This document shows positions 51,401-60,939 of a stretch of 64,000 bases of DNA, in pieces. Position 1 is the stretch's first letter. Each line of letters opens with the position of its first letter. A program made the position numbers and the translations under genes. The notes under the pieces are model-generated. The model was not told the DNA's origin, ran no database searches, and saw only the letters and a program-made list of their open reading frames with translations. Source of the stretch: a virus; the IMG/VR virus record IMGVR_UViG_3300036398_002819, positions 5,067-69,066 of that record; one strand, given 5' to 3'.

Positions 51401-54400
51401 GATTTTTTTACTATCGATGGGAAAGTATCATTTTGGAAGGTAACTGCAACACCTGGATTTCCATATAATTCTGGTATTTTTAGGACTAATTTGCCAGGAT
51501 TTGATCCTTGCTCATAATCAATAACTTTAAAAAATTGATATCCATGATTTCTTGAATTAAACCCTATTCCTGTTCCGGGAACATTTTCAATATTATCAAC
51601 AAAAACATCTTCATTAATTTGGAAAGGATTTTGAATAAATCCTAAAATTGGAGTTTTTATTAAACATGTCATTATTCCTCCAGAAGATGAAGTTATTCTG
51701 TCAATTATAATTCCATTAGAATTATTTACAGCTTTTATTTCAACTGGATTAGATGGTAAACCATTAAATGGAATACTAATTAAAACACTATTTACATTAG
51801 AAGTCCCTGTCTTGCCACTCATTTGAGCAACTAATAACCCACCAAAAATTTCTTTCTTTGAATCACTATCAATTACAACTAATTCTGGAGGAGAAGGATA
51901 ATTTTTTCCTCCATAAATTACATTCACTTTAGTTAAAACATTTGAATTTTCTATATCGGATCTAAATGGAGTATAAACTGCTGGCAATAAAGTACTATCA
52001 GAAGAATATTCAAATAAATTATTTTTTAATTTTATACTATTAAGAGCACCAATAGTATTGGACTCGGGAATTACATATAATCCATACCCAAATTTTGATG
52101 AAGAATTTTTATAATATGGTATATCAGAATAATTATTTCCTTTGTCAGTTATTATTACTTTACTTACTGGACCATCTGTTGTAGATGATGTCGTAGTGTA
52201 TGATATATCAGTGCAATCTTCAAATAGGTATAAATCCTTTTCTGGAGTTTTATCTAAATTAATATCAAACGTTGTGTTAGTAACATTAAAAATATTATAT
52301 TTTTTTGAATAAGAACTGTTAATAAAAGATATTTTTGATGAATTTGGTATAGTATCTATTGGATTAATATTCGCACCTTGTTTCTCTAAGGTATAATATA
52401 GTTCATTCGGTAAATTGTCATCATATTTTAAAGTATAAAATGCAGTCGTTGAAATTCCTACAGTACCTAAACCACTTAAAATGTAAGAATTATCATTCTT
52501 TTTAATAAAAGAGAATTCATTTTTAAAATCTTTGTCATAATATAATTTTAAATTATATCCTTCCAATGAAGAATCTGTTAAATCAAATATTAAGTTATCA
52601 TTTTTAGTAACTTTTATTTCAGGATATACTAAATGCAACTCTTGTGTGCCAATTCCACTAGACCCAAAATTTACAAAAACTGGTGGTTGTGAGACAGAAT
52701 CTGTATAAGTTTCCGAAAGTCTGATATTATTAGAATCAATTTTATTAACATAGTATAAATCTGTAGATAATCCACTTATTATCGAAGTTGAGATATAATA
52801 GACTGCATCACCCTCATTAAATCCATGATTAATAATATTTAATGTATCTTGTGATACATTAACATCACTTGAACTAAAATACAAAGATTTTGCTATTAGT
52901 GATTTTATTGAATCGATATATTTTAATTTAACAGGATTAGTTCCTATTCCAACAGTTTTATTTGATATTATATTAATTTCTATTAAATCATCATTTTTTA
53001 AATTATGTATAGTTGATATTGAAACAGTAGATACTAAATTTTCAACATTACATAATACTTCATTAAAAGTTGATTCTAATGAATATGTGTAAATATCAGA
53101 ACCTGCATTTGTACCAGTGTCACTTGGAAAATATAATCCATTTGTATCAGATATTCTTGCTGGATTTGTTACAATACCTATCAAATCTTTACTTTTTGAA
53201 ATAATATATACTGTTTCCTCTGATTGTCCAGCACCAAGTAAGTTAAATGGTGAACTATCAGGATTTAATTGTACTTGTATTGCAGCTGCACCAGTAACAG
53301 GTCTTTTCAATATAACTTTTTGATTTGTTTTAAACCCATGATTAGGTATATAAATTGATTGAGTAGGTATTGAAATATTTTGTGGTATTGTACCAATATA
53401 AAAAGACTTACTAGTGATCACACCAGAATAAGTTCCAATTCCTAAAGAAATTCTAGGATTAAAATATCTTGGATAATTTTCGGGTTCAGTTAATTTTGAA
53501 ATTGATTCTTGTCCAATTATAACATCTGATAAAAATGTAACTAAAGATCCTTGTGTACTAAGTCCAGCAGAAGTATTTTTAACTCTTAATGTATTTAAAT
53601 CATTAAAACAATTTAAAACAGTATAATAAACATTATAAGACTGTCCAATAATTTTTATAGAACTTCCTATTGATACTCTTGATGGTATACTTCTTACTAT
53701 AATATCAGTAACTACTCCAACATTCGTATATTGATTATTTTGAGTTAGTGTAGTAGTAAAATTCTCAAATATTATATTATGAGTCTTATTAATAGATGAA
53801 TATTCGGTGGATAAACCACTTATTTTAATTTTAGCATTATTTGGAATATCAAAATTCGGTAAATATTTGACATAAAATTGATCATTGCCATTACTGTAAA
53901 ATTTAGCATTTTCAAAGATCTTAACCTTAGATTGTATAGATTCTATTTTTTTTCCTTCGATTTCACTAACATAAGCACTTAATCCGTATCCATTTTCACT
54001 ATTGTCCTGCCCCTCAAAATATAATAAATCACCTACTTTGTATTTTTCTCCTTTATTTACAATTTTAATAGAATCTATATTTCCAGTTAATTTTGAATCA
54101 ACTTCACAAATTTGTTGCAAAGATTGGTCAAAAAATTCATAATTTGCATATAAGTCTGAGGATTTATAAGGTAAGGTATTTCTAAGTAATTTGGAATTTC
54201 TAAAGTTATAATTTTGATTAAATTGTTGTGATATATTTTCACTAATAACACTAGATCTATATTTCAATCCAATAAAATATGGAAATACACCAATGTAATT
54301 AGTATTGGAATTGAGTATAGAAGTTGCAAAGTAAGCATAAACACCATCAGGAAAATCAGGAGTTTTACAAAATCTTCCATTATATTGATCTAGATCTCCA

Positions 54401-57400
54401 TTATTCGAATAAATGTAATCATCTATAAAATATCCGAGAGGGAATAAATTAGTGCTCGGTCTATTTTCTACATTTGTTGATGAATATCCAGAAGTTAATA
54501 ATTTTACTGGAGAGGAAGAATTTGTTGGATCTGAATAACCATAAGGACCATAAATTGGATTTCCATCATAAGACCATCCTATAATTTTAGAATGTTTTGC
54601 AGAATCTTCACCAAAAATAGTTTTCAATTTATCAAAATAACCAATTACAGTATATTGTAAATTGTTTTGTTTTGTTTTATATAATAAATCTGAAGATGGA
54701 TCTCTATAATTTGATTTTTGACTACCATACTTATATGAATTATTTAAAGTTAAACTTCTAATTTTTGGATTAAGAGTGACATTTTTTCCTGTATTAACTA
54801 CTCTTATAAAAGTATCTTCTGATTTATAATTATATCCTGAAGATAAAATAATAACCTTTGATATCTTACCATTTTTTATTTCACATCTCAATCTTGCTCC
54901 AACACCAGATTTAGTGTCAATTTTTAATTCTGGTACAGAATTGTAGTTAACACCAGCGTAAGAAATAATAACACTGGTAATTTTGCCCCCAGATATAACA
55001 GGTGTTACCTCACCATTTTGCCCATCTAAAATTTTTATATCTGGTTTAGACTCTAAATTTACCGTAGTTGACCCATAATTTGAACCTTTTTCATATAGAT
55101 AGATATCACTTATTTTACCTCTTACGATGGGAGTTGCTGTTATTTCTTTTAGTTCTTGCCCATCTTGCAAGTACTTTACTGCTGCCGTTATTTTTGGATA
55201 ACTAAAGTATTGGTATCCACTACCAGTACTCTTTAATTTTTCATATTTCTTTCTTAAATAATTTGTGTTATTTGTTCCACCAACACCAATATTACACAGT
55301 CTAAAAGAATCATTATTTACTCTCAATACTTGATATTGTACGGAAGTTGAGAGTCCTGTTATTGGAGATGTTTCATATTCATAAGTTACTACTTCACCAG
55401 TAGAAAATCCATGATTTGGAAAAGAAATAGTGTTAGAGTAAGTTGATATACCAGATTGTTTTACTATTAATTTTCTATTAGTAAATCCTTCCCCACCATT
55501 TAACACTTTAACAGAATCTAATACTGTTTTTGGTTCAGTTTTGAATTTATGAATACCAAAATTTCCAATAGTTGTAAATCCTACTGTGTTTATACCTGAT
55601 CTAAAATCTGAAAGAGTCGGATAAAGTCTAACAGTTTTACTGTTAATTACTTTCACATAAAACGGAGTATTATTTCCTAAAAGATTTCCTGTACTTAAAT
55701 TACTTCCTTGATAAGGTCCTATTCCTATTTTTTCATTATTAATATTATTAATATCGTAAATAACTTTTTGTCCATCAGTAAAGTTATGATCTGTTAAAAA
55801 TGTTACAGTTTCAGAATCAATACTTAATCCACCACCTTCTTCTAGTATTCTTGCATCAAAAAATACTTCTCTGGATCTTTTTCTAATTACAGGTTCTGTG
55901 ACAAGATTTTTGCCATTACCACCAGTTACAACAATATTAATTGGTTTTTTAATATCAAATTCTTGAGGATCGATTAAAATTTCTTGAATAGATCCTTCAA
56001 GTACAGGTTGAATTTTTGCAGATCCAGAAGAAAATACAAACCTTGGTGGATTAATTACATCATAATTTTCACCAGAATTTATAATTTGAACAGACTCTAA
56101 TGGTCCATAATAAATTTTATCCTTTGATTTATAACTAAGAATTTCTACACCATTTGCAAGTATTCCAATTGTCTCTGTTCCAATATCTGTTCCAATCTCT
56201 TTTTGTTGATTCTTATTTAATTCAAATTTTTTAAAAATCTTTTGAGGATAGATTTTTTTATCATCTACTTGTTGAGAAATCAAAGTAAAACTGTGCTCAC
56301 TTTGAACTATTGAAGTATAAGACTGTGACCCAATATATACAAATTTATCTAAATCTATAGATGATTTTGAAATATATAACTTGATTTTTTTGTAATCACT
56401 AGAGACTTTAACGTAATAGTATCCTTTTTCTAGTCCCTCTATTGGATTGTTTTCATAGTTATAATAAACTCTATCACCAGTTATAATAGATAATTCAGTG
56501 TCAAATTCTAAACTAGAATATTTTTTTTCTATACCATTAAAATCTACCAAAAACTTTGGAAAATATTCAAATATATTAGCATCTATTTCATAAGATGGTA
56601 GTGAATTGGATGCTACATAAAGATTATCATCATCTTCACTGTATAAATTTGTTACATCAGAAGTAATGTCTTTATATTTTAATGGTATTAATGAACTAGA
56701 AGCAAACACAATTTTTCTTCTAATATCATACTGCTTCAAAGAATTCAAATCTAATAAATTCTTATTAAATTGTATTCTTCCAATATTAACATCAATAGAT
56801 TCTATTCTTACATTACTTAAGGACTCTACTTTGATATCAGATACTACACCAGTTGTTGTTCTTTCTAAAAATTCTACATAGTCACCCACTTTTAATGATG
56901 ATGGTTCTATTTTACTCAAAGTTGTAGCTGTATTTGAATTTCTATCAAATTGATACAATTTATATCTACAACTAGTGTTATAAATTAAACTATTTGATAA
57001 AATTTCTTTATTAGATTTGTTATTTTGTGGATTTTCAATAAAAGTTCCTAGATTTTTTACATATATACTCTCACCTTCATCAAATGGATAATTATTTTTT
57101 TGATCAGTTTGTAGTGATACTCCAGATATTACGTTAATTAAACGGAAAATAAGTTTATTATCTTCAGTTTGAATTCCACCTTGATAACCATAATATGTGT
57201 CATTGGAAACTATAATAGATTTTTTTGGTATATCGAGATCTATATAAGTTTTATTTTCTGTATAACATCCAAATAATTGATTTACGCTTTTTTCTGTGTA
57301 AAAAATTTCATTATTATTATAGTAAACACTTCCAGATTTTGGAAAATTAATAGTAGAATCTAAAGTGATAGTATTTGCATTGTCTGAAGATAATATAGAA

Positions 57401-58341
57401 TGAACTATTTTGCTAGAGGAAGTTGGAATAAATTCCCCAGAACTTTCACTATTACTTTCATCATATCCAATGAATATTAAAAATTTATAGTATATTTTAT
57501 TATTTCTTGTGAATATTTCTATATCTGAAATGGAACCAAAAGTTAAAGGATCATTTGATTTATAAATTTGATTTCCAAGTAAAAGAGAAGGATCTTTGTC
57601 TACTGACAAATTTTCAAGTAATAATTCTTTTCTTCTAATATGTTCTCCATCAGATGGTTTAATTAAAAAAGTTTCAAGATCAATAATACTTGGTTTTATT
57701 CCATATAAAGCATTAAATAGTATTCTAAAAGATTCTTTAGTTCCTTTTGTTTGATATAATGACTTACTATTTTTGAGAAAATTATTTACATTTAAATCTG
57801 CATCTAAACTTATTTTTGATAATTCCGGCAATAAAGTATACTTAATCTTACTATAAAATTCTTGTAAGAATAATACACTTAAATTTTTTACAGATGATCC
57901 TGTTAAATGGGAGGATGCCAAAGAAGAATCGAAAATTAATTCTTGGGCATATTGTTTAATCCCACTAAATCCACGAATACAATCAATAAAAGAATTTGAA
58001 GTTTTTTCTTTATATGTAATAATTTCGTCACCAATTTCAATTAATCCATAAGAATTTGGAAATCCTTTAGTACTTTCAACTTTTATAGTTGTACTATTTG
58101 AAGTTATATTTTCCGATAATATCGTTTTTCCATCAATTATATCTGGCGTTAAATTATCTAGTTTTAGATACTCGTCTATGTTATCTAAAATGTTTACAGA
58201 AGAACTTTGATATTCTTGAGAAATATAATACTGTTTTAAAAATTCAACAAATTTTGGATTTTCGTCCAATATGAATTCTGGAACTTGATTTTGAACAAGT
58301 TCTTGAATTTTTATCTTATTTTCAAACCCTGTCTGTATCAT
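45448..58341 (-). CDS. gp7: Giant baseplate wedge initiator (gp7-like), 4297 aa
   Basis: QVPEFI...FVEFLKQYY, LYQTKGTKESFRILFNALYG, DNDYYQNLSY...VHAIGTKNF; lies between gp6 and gp8; contains a YHYH-like segment. Confidence 0.85.
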   Translation of the reverse strand: MIQTGFENKIKIQELVQNQVPEFILDENPKFVEFLKQYYISQEYQSSSVNILDNIDEYLKLDNLTPDIIDGKTILSENITSNSTTIKVESTKGFPNSYGLIEIGDEIITYKEKTSNSFIDCIRGFSGIKQYAQELIFDSSLASSHLTGSSVKNLSVLFLQEFYSKIKYTLLPELSKISLDADLNVNNFLKNSKSLYQTKGTKESFRILFNALYGIKPSIIDLETFLIKPSDGEHIRRKELLLENLSVDKDPSLLLGNQIYKSNDPLTFGSISDIEIFTRNNKIYYKFLIFIGYDESNSESSGEFIPTSSSKIVHSILSSDNANTITLDSTINFPKSGSVYYNNNEIFYTEKSVNQLFGCYTENKTYIDLDIPKKSIIVSNDTYYGYQGGIQTEDNKLIFRLINVISGVSLQTDQKNNYPFDEGESIYVKNLGTFIENPQNNKSNKEILSNSLIYNTSCRYKLYQFDRNSNTATTLSKIEPSSLKVGDYVEFLERTTTGVVSDIKVESLSNVRIESIDVNIGRIQFNKNLLDLNSLKQYDIRRKIVFASSSLIPLKYKDITSDVTNLYSEDDDNLYVASNSLPSYEIDANIFEYFPKFLVDFNGIEKKYSSLEFDTELSIITGDRVYYNYENNPIEGLEKGYYYVKVSSDYKKIKLYISKSSIDLDKFVYIGSQSYTSIVQSEHSFTLISQQVDDKKIYPQKIFKKFELNKNQQKEIGTDIGTETIGILANGVEILSYKSKDKIYYGPLESVQIINSGENYDVINPPRFVFSSGSAKIQPVLEGSIQEILIDPQEFDIKKPINIVVTGGNGKNLVTEPVIRKRSREVFFDARILEEGGGLSIDSETVTFLTDHNFTDGQKVIYDINNINNEKIGIGPYQGSNLSTGNLLGNNTPFYVKVINSKTVRLYPTLSDFRSGINTVGFTTIGNFGIHKFKTEPKTVLDSVKVLNGGEGFTNRKLIVKQSGISTYSNTISFPNHGFSTGEVVTYEYETSPITGLSTSVQYQVLRVNNDSFRLCNIGVGGTNNTNYLRKKYEKLKSTGSGYQYFSYPKITAAVKYLQDGQELKEITATPIVRGKISDIYLYEKGSNYGSTTVNLESKPDIKILDGQNGEVTPVISGGKITSVIISYAGVNYNSVPELKIDTKSGVGARLRCEIKNGKISKVIILSSGYNYKSEDTFIRVVNTGKNVTLNPKIRSLTLNNSYKYGSQKSNYRDPSSDLLYKTKQNNLQYTVIGYFDKLKTIFGEDSAKHSKIIGWSYDGNPIYGPYGYSDPTNSSSPVKLLTSGYSSTNVENRPSTNLFPLGYFIDDYIYSNNGDLDQYNGRFCKTPDFPDGVYAYFATSILNSNTNYIGVFPYFIGLKYRSSVISENISQQFNQNYNFRNSKLLRNTLPYKSSDLYANYEFFDQSLQQICEVDSKLTGNIDSIKIVNKGEKYKVGDLLYFEGQDNSENGYGLSAYVSEIEGKKIESIQSKVKIFENAKFYSNGNDQFYVKYLPNFDIPNNAKIKISGLSTEYSSINKTHNIIFENFTTTLTQNNQYTNVGVVTDIIVRSIPSRVSIGSSIKIIGQSYNVYYTVLNCFNDLNTLRVKNTSAGLSTQGSLVTFLSDVIIGQESISKLTEPENYPRYFNPRISLGIGTYSGVITSKSFYIGTIPQNISIPTQSIYIPNHGFKTNQKVILKRPVTGAAAIQVQLNPDSSPFNLLGAGQSEETVYIISKSKDLIGIVTNPARISDTNGLYFPSDTGTNAGSDIYTYSLESTFNEVLCNVENLVSTVSISTIHNLKNDDLIEINIISNKTVGIGTNPVKLKYIDSIKSLIAKSLYFSSSDVNVSQDTLNIINHGFNEGDAVYYISTSIISGLSTDLYYVNKIDSNNIRLSETYTDSVSQPPVFVNFGSSGIGTQELHLVYPEIKVTKNDNLIFDLTDSSLEGYNLKLYYDKDFKNEFSFIKKNDNSYILSGLGTVGISTTAFYTLKYDDNLPNELYYTLEKQGANINPIDTIPNSSKISFINSSYSKKYNIFNVTNTTFDINLDKTPEKDLYLFEDCTDISYTTTSSTTDGPVSKVIITDKGNNYSDIPYYKNSSSKFGYGLYVIPESNTIGALNSIKLKNNLFEYSSDSTLLPAVYTPFRSDIENSNVLTKVNVIYGGKNYPSPPELVVIDSDSKKEIFGGLLVAQMSGKTGTSNVNSVLISIPFNGLPSNPVEIKAVNNSNGIIIDRITSSSGGIMTCLIKTPILGFIQNPFQINEDVFVDNIENVPGTGIGFNSRNHGYQFFKVIDYEQGSNPGKLVLKIPELYGNPGVAVTFQNDTFPSIVKKSNYPIFSSEQEYAIFSIGENLSVVNDDGSIVKTDLIITKSKKNHIKYIGKYKLSVGDVILGSSKGYKATIQSLNYLNSSFVTSGINEKSFGWEKETGQTSNDLQLIPDNDYYQNLSYTIKSVKTWNEISPVVNSTVHAIGTKNFADTQISSIGIVTAGISTESYVDIITSYISQSRVDVIKNFDLTKDFNIFNNKSNLIKFKNLKLIDYFESNTNRVLQIDDISGEFSSSDDDQKSLRKIISVLSPRQLCTKFRIQIKSSSINDVNQLQFTEFIAIKKKDQVYYLEKNSLSNKDTKFVDIVPSIDESRNYYIEFIPENPYDIDYEIKILKSEFSTSLPAESSKVIGSSNILNKVLNITKNTTSTILSLSSSNYSAFYSEIHIFNQNTFDTEYVELYAINDVQNVYYSDYYFNSQDAPDSYGTIGSFGLTVSNGTVSLNCLNKILDSDITVSIKTIAFNNTSNSEKYRFKSSLQLDESERSVIYDSNTIVVSSASTIVSYDRDLFSTIKSIVNVSIGNTFSLHQLALIQDSQNCNFVEYPMILSDDNIGIGTFGAKLNSDTIDINFYPEARFVGSNISIKYYNEVFYTFLDEINSTLPLDIKPLYEDLGVSKYIGLNSKSINRLNFKLYYKDDPIFAKTFNPNDSNILNSQTGTFTIPNHFFSTGEKLFYKPKSTYIGVGQSSMGIVSSVDENGISTNKLPSTVYAIKIDNDHFKVASNKQNSLSGIGVVFTNLGEGNAHMFEMEKKNEKTIITLNNLIQYPIRYSNVTHYLSGNNGQIGVANTFFTLSGISSVKPTDLLKIDNEYMKVLNVGIGTSNTGPILFYSGDKNIVEVERGFVGSSATTHSDGTPVYLYRGSYNISEDQIYFTQPPRGNVFDLVTNDERNLPRARAKFTGRVFLRQDYSTNLIFDDVSEEFTGIAQTFSLKRQGISTVGLGTTAGNGFVLINGIYQTPLTENITNYNFRIVENTTLGISSVVFSGIRDELDNITISEADVNKNQIPRGGIIVSLGSTSGLGYAPLVGANVRAVLNNNGSISGIVGIATTGSKIGFTTISYNNITGIMNVYTPSTYPLRGVNQVKLVGLGFTYSSNPGIVSYFPNDDYSFNVVGVGTTSFSIQVGTSTVSGYYVGYGTIYPWYETLSFGSGYRGQINVEVSDDAANYVHKFVSSQQDSVQEYPSGDSFTPSYAVYSPSTGILTLTIKDHGLTTSDQITIDTESIVFSCSSDNYTNQIAYPRATDPIAGIPTSIISYTENTISVGVGSMVGSGAQITATVNDGGILSFNIINGGTNYVDPIIKIPTPNYENLSIKGVSRLGIGNTTDTGIGLLMNVEVGPKDNPNNTFFNINYSKTGNIGITSTIITGINTSNLGIGNTIKIIPSVIGTGTRIKSIGIGTVYLNKSSLNSVAFTNINFDFGYYFEDNNNLVGIGTTLFQVRSFKITRPGYNFRRGDVFTPVGLVTAKGFNSPIEEFRLFVLEIYNDSFASWQFGEINLLDSIKRFQDGKRQNYPLYYNGELLSFQKNQENPDSLLIDFDSLLVIFINGILQEPKISYEFNGGSVVRFTSPPKENDLVEIYYYAGTRNQDSRRIEVNETIKIGDTVQIYSNNGNLNNTVTQNTRTVFNFPSADLMETNIYSEQGIDDQNYKPLFWIKQKEDLRINDIVYSKSRDSIEPQVYPTSKIIKDFTSTDTQLFVDDISIFNYEEEFPIEKADILIVPSYESILSGIVTAIVSSAGTIQSLSIVNPGFGYTEAPTIKISNPYYGIGVGVGTTAVLSINVNNGSLQNASVVNSGFGYTNTNPPQVLVSNPKFMTEKITGANVFEGFSGSIIGIGTTAGIGTSLAITFEIKTSNNQYTGLQTGYPIYVFDTKVGSGVTSIDSSENIKIGISTQYLDNIYYVHRIQNLNNVSRVISCNVSNETNIVGIATTGLQIGKFSWGKISGFSRSSNPVSIAISSYNVSSGLSTYPTIQRRGYGLRNTGALKKDLIT

Positions 58342-60242
58342 AATTCCCTTATTAATGTACCATTTGAGTAACTTGAAGCATAGTAATCATTGGAAAATAG
58401 TATTCCAGATGAACTTTCACCAGAAGAGATTACATCTCTAATCATATTTATTTTACTTTTTGAAATGTCTAAAGAAAGATAAAGATCCTTAAGAGCAATA
58501 ACATCATTTGATTCCGGATATGCCTGAATCTCTATTACACTATTTGGTAATTGAGTTTCTGTAATTTTTATATTGTTAAGTCTAATTTCTCCAGTTTCAT
58601 AATCAACTCTTCCTGCAGATTTAACAACAACTTCTGGAGAAACTAAGGAAGAGAAAGATAACTTTATTCCACTAAGAGTACCCATTTTTAGATCCTCGTC
58701 TGGAATATCTGTCAAATAAAGATACTCACTATCTGTAGAAATTTTAAATCCCGTTGATTTTATATTACCTCCTTCTTTTCTCACATGAAATTTATTTCCA
58801 TAACACAATTCATATTCTGCAAATTCATTTAATAATGCATTCAAATTTCTTCTAATAATAACTTTGGTTATGTTTGAAGTAATTGCTACATCAGAATTAT
58901 CAATGATATTCAATAATTTACTATATTTAAATCTTCCACCAAATTTATTTAAATCTAAAGAATCTGAATATGTTAAGAGTGAATTATTTACTTTTGTTTT
59001 TAATAACTCCACTCCAGAAGATCTATTAGGATTATAATAAATTGAGGAATCCAATTCAATATACAAAACTTTAATATCAACTATCTTTTGATTTATTCCT
59101 GCGATTGTATAATTTTTTAACTTTGATATAATTTGATTTTTATCAAATTGTGAAAGATATAATCCATTTTTTGGTTTTACTGATATTGTTATAGATCCAT
59201 ACTCTGGTGGATCCAATTCTTCACCTCCAACAACTGTTACTACTTCCGAATTTGGATAAATTAAAGTTTTTATAATAGATTCATAATCTGATGCTGTAAC
59301 AGCTCTATATTGAGATGAGTACAGTCTTGGAGCAAAATATTTAATAGAATCAACTGTTTCTATATTTGATCCATTTTTCGAAGACTGGTTAGTTGTAACT
59401 GTTATAGTATTAGAAGGTACTAGTAAATTATCATTAGAATCAAAGAGTAACCCAGCAAATGAAAATTCTGATGCACCATTACCATCTTTGCCGTCTGTTA
59501 CGATGTAGTCTACAGTAATTACAGAACCATTTTCTAATTTTTTACCAAATCTTCCGTCACCAAATAATAATTCATATTTTTCATCTTTTACTTCTTGAAT
59601 TAAAAATATTTCAGATTCTTCATCAATTGTTATAATATTATCTACAAGAGAATAATTTTTACCAATTCCAACATCACTTGAACCTTTGACGTGAACTTTA
59701 ATTGTACTACTATCTACAAAAGAATTTGGGAGTATAAATCTTTGATCAAGAGATGCATCTACATCAAAAGTGGTTCTTAAATATCTACCTTGATTTATCT
59801 CTATATTCGAAAATGATGCTACATTATTTTTTACTTTTGCCGTAATTGGTTCAGTTATTGAAAATACATAAGAAGAATCATCTACACTACCAACACAAAC
59901 TAATTCTGGTTGTAAGGTTATAGTGGGAGTATTTGAAGTGGTTTCAACATTAAATGAAACAACCGCTTTAGAACATTTTCTTGATCTTGGTACATATCCA
60001 ATATTTCTTGCAAGAGATACTACGTTTTCTCTTAGAGTCGCAGAATCTAAAAATACTTCATTTGCAAGTAAATTAGAATTAAAGGCACTAATATAGGTAT
60101 TATAGGCTAGAGTATCTATTAATACTGAAAAATTAGATCCTTCAAAATCAAAATCGGTAAAATTTGAATTTGCTCTAAGATAATCTTTTATAGAAGTCTT
60201 TATCTGATCGAAATCTAGATTTGTAAATTGCGTAAAAGGCAT
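58338..60242 (-). CDS. gp6: Baseplate wedge subunit (T4 gp6)
   Basis: LDFDQIK, FTDFDFEGSN, FLDSATLRENVVSLA, QYRAVTASDY. Confidence 0.96.
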   Translation of the reverse strand: MPFTQFTNLDFDQIKTSIKDYLRANSNFTDFDFEGSNFSVLIDTLAYNTYISAFNSNLLANEVFLDSATLRENVVSLARNIGYVPRSRKCSKAVVSFNVETTSNTPTITLQPELVCVGSVDDSSYVFSITEPITAKVKNNVASFSNIEINQGRYLRTTFDVDASLDQRFILPNSFVDSSTIKVHVKGSSDVGIGKNYSLVDNIITIDEESEIFLIQEVKDEKYELLFGDGRFGKKLENGSVITVDYIVTDGKDGNGASEFSFAGLLFDSNDNLLVPSNTITVTTNQSSKNGSNIETVDSIKYFAPRLYSSQYRAVTASDYESIIKTLIYPNSEVVTVVGGEELDPPEYGSITISVKPKNGLYLSQFDKNQIISKLKNYTIAGINQKIVDIKVLYIELDSSIYYNPNRSSGVELLKTKVNNSLLTYSDSLDLNKFGGRFKYSKLLNIIDNSDVAITSNITKVIIRRNLNALLNEFAEYELCYGNKFHVRKEGGNIKSTGFKISTDSEYLYLTDIPDEDLKMGTLSGIKLSFSSLVSPEVVVKSAGRVDYETGEIRLNNIKITETQLPNSVIEIQAYPESNDVIALKDLYLSLDISKSKINMIRDVISSGESSSGILFSNDYYASSYSNGTLIREL

Positions 60243-60243
60243 T

Positions 60244-60654
60244 TTATCTCGTTGCCTCTAAAATAAACGTAAATTCTTGAATTGGTACTTGTTGACCTAT
60301 GATATTAAAAATAACAGTTATTTCTAATGAATTATCATCAAAATTATCTTCAATCAATATTTGAACATTTTCAACTCTTGGTTCATACTCTAAAATAGAT
60401 GTTTTAATCTGTTCTTCAATAATTGCTAATACTGCATAATCAATATTTTCAAAGAGACTAGACCTTGCTTCAGATCCAAAATCGGGATTAAAAAATCTTT
60501 CAGTTGGTATAGTCTCTACAATATTACGTACTGAACGAATAATCGCTCTTTCATTTTTTAAAATAGGCAAATCTTTGGTTACAGGATGTGGTTCAAATGA
60601 TAAACTAATATCTTTAAATTCTCTGGATATCCTTGTAATTGAATTGGTTGCCAT
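60244..60654 (-). CDS. gp25: Baseplate wedge / sheath initiator (T4 gp25)
   Basis: FKDISLSF..HPVTKD, ERFFNPDFGS, YEPRV. Confidence 0.95.
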   Translation of the reverse strand: MATNSITRISREFKDISLSFEPHPVTKDLPILKNERAIIRSVRNIVETIPTERFFNPDFGSEARSSLFENIDYAVLAIIEEQIKTSILEYEPRVENVQILIEDNFDDNSLEITVIFNIIGQQVPIQEFTFILEATR

Positions 60655-60687
60655 TGAATATTAATTTTTTTCTTCAATTATTTATGG

Positions 60688-60939
60688 TTATTCCCAAGAA
60701 ATTCCATAATTAGGTTCTGTTCCATAATCCCAATCATCATAATCATTTGAATTGCGAATTTTTTTGTGCATTTCTGACTGCTCTTTTAGATAATGTTTGT
60801 TTTTTGGAACATCATCGTGCATAATTTCTTGAATTACCTTTGGTTTTTTGTTTAAACTACCATAATCAGTTGTTAATGATGTGGTTCCCCACATCTGATA
60901 CATGTAATTTTCGTCTCTATCAACTGGTAAATTTGACAT
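60688..60939 (-). CDS. Hypothetical protein
   Basis: 83-aa ORF with a good SD (AGGAG) upstream. Confidence 0.75.
   Translation of the reverse strand: MSNLPVDRDENYMYQMWGTTSLTTDYGSLNKKPKVIQEIMHDDVPKNKHYLKEQSEMHKKIRNSNDYDDWDYGTEPNYGISWE

Noticed and set aside
36249-58341. Stop-codon recoding or diversity-generating retroelement target in the giant genes
   Set aside because: ORFs are fully open in the standard code; no reverse transcriptase or TR/VR-like near-identical repeat pair was seen in this window.
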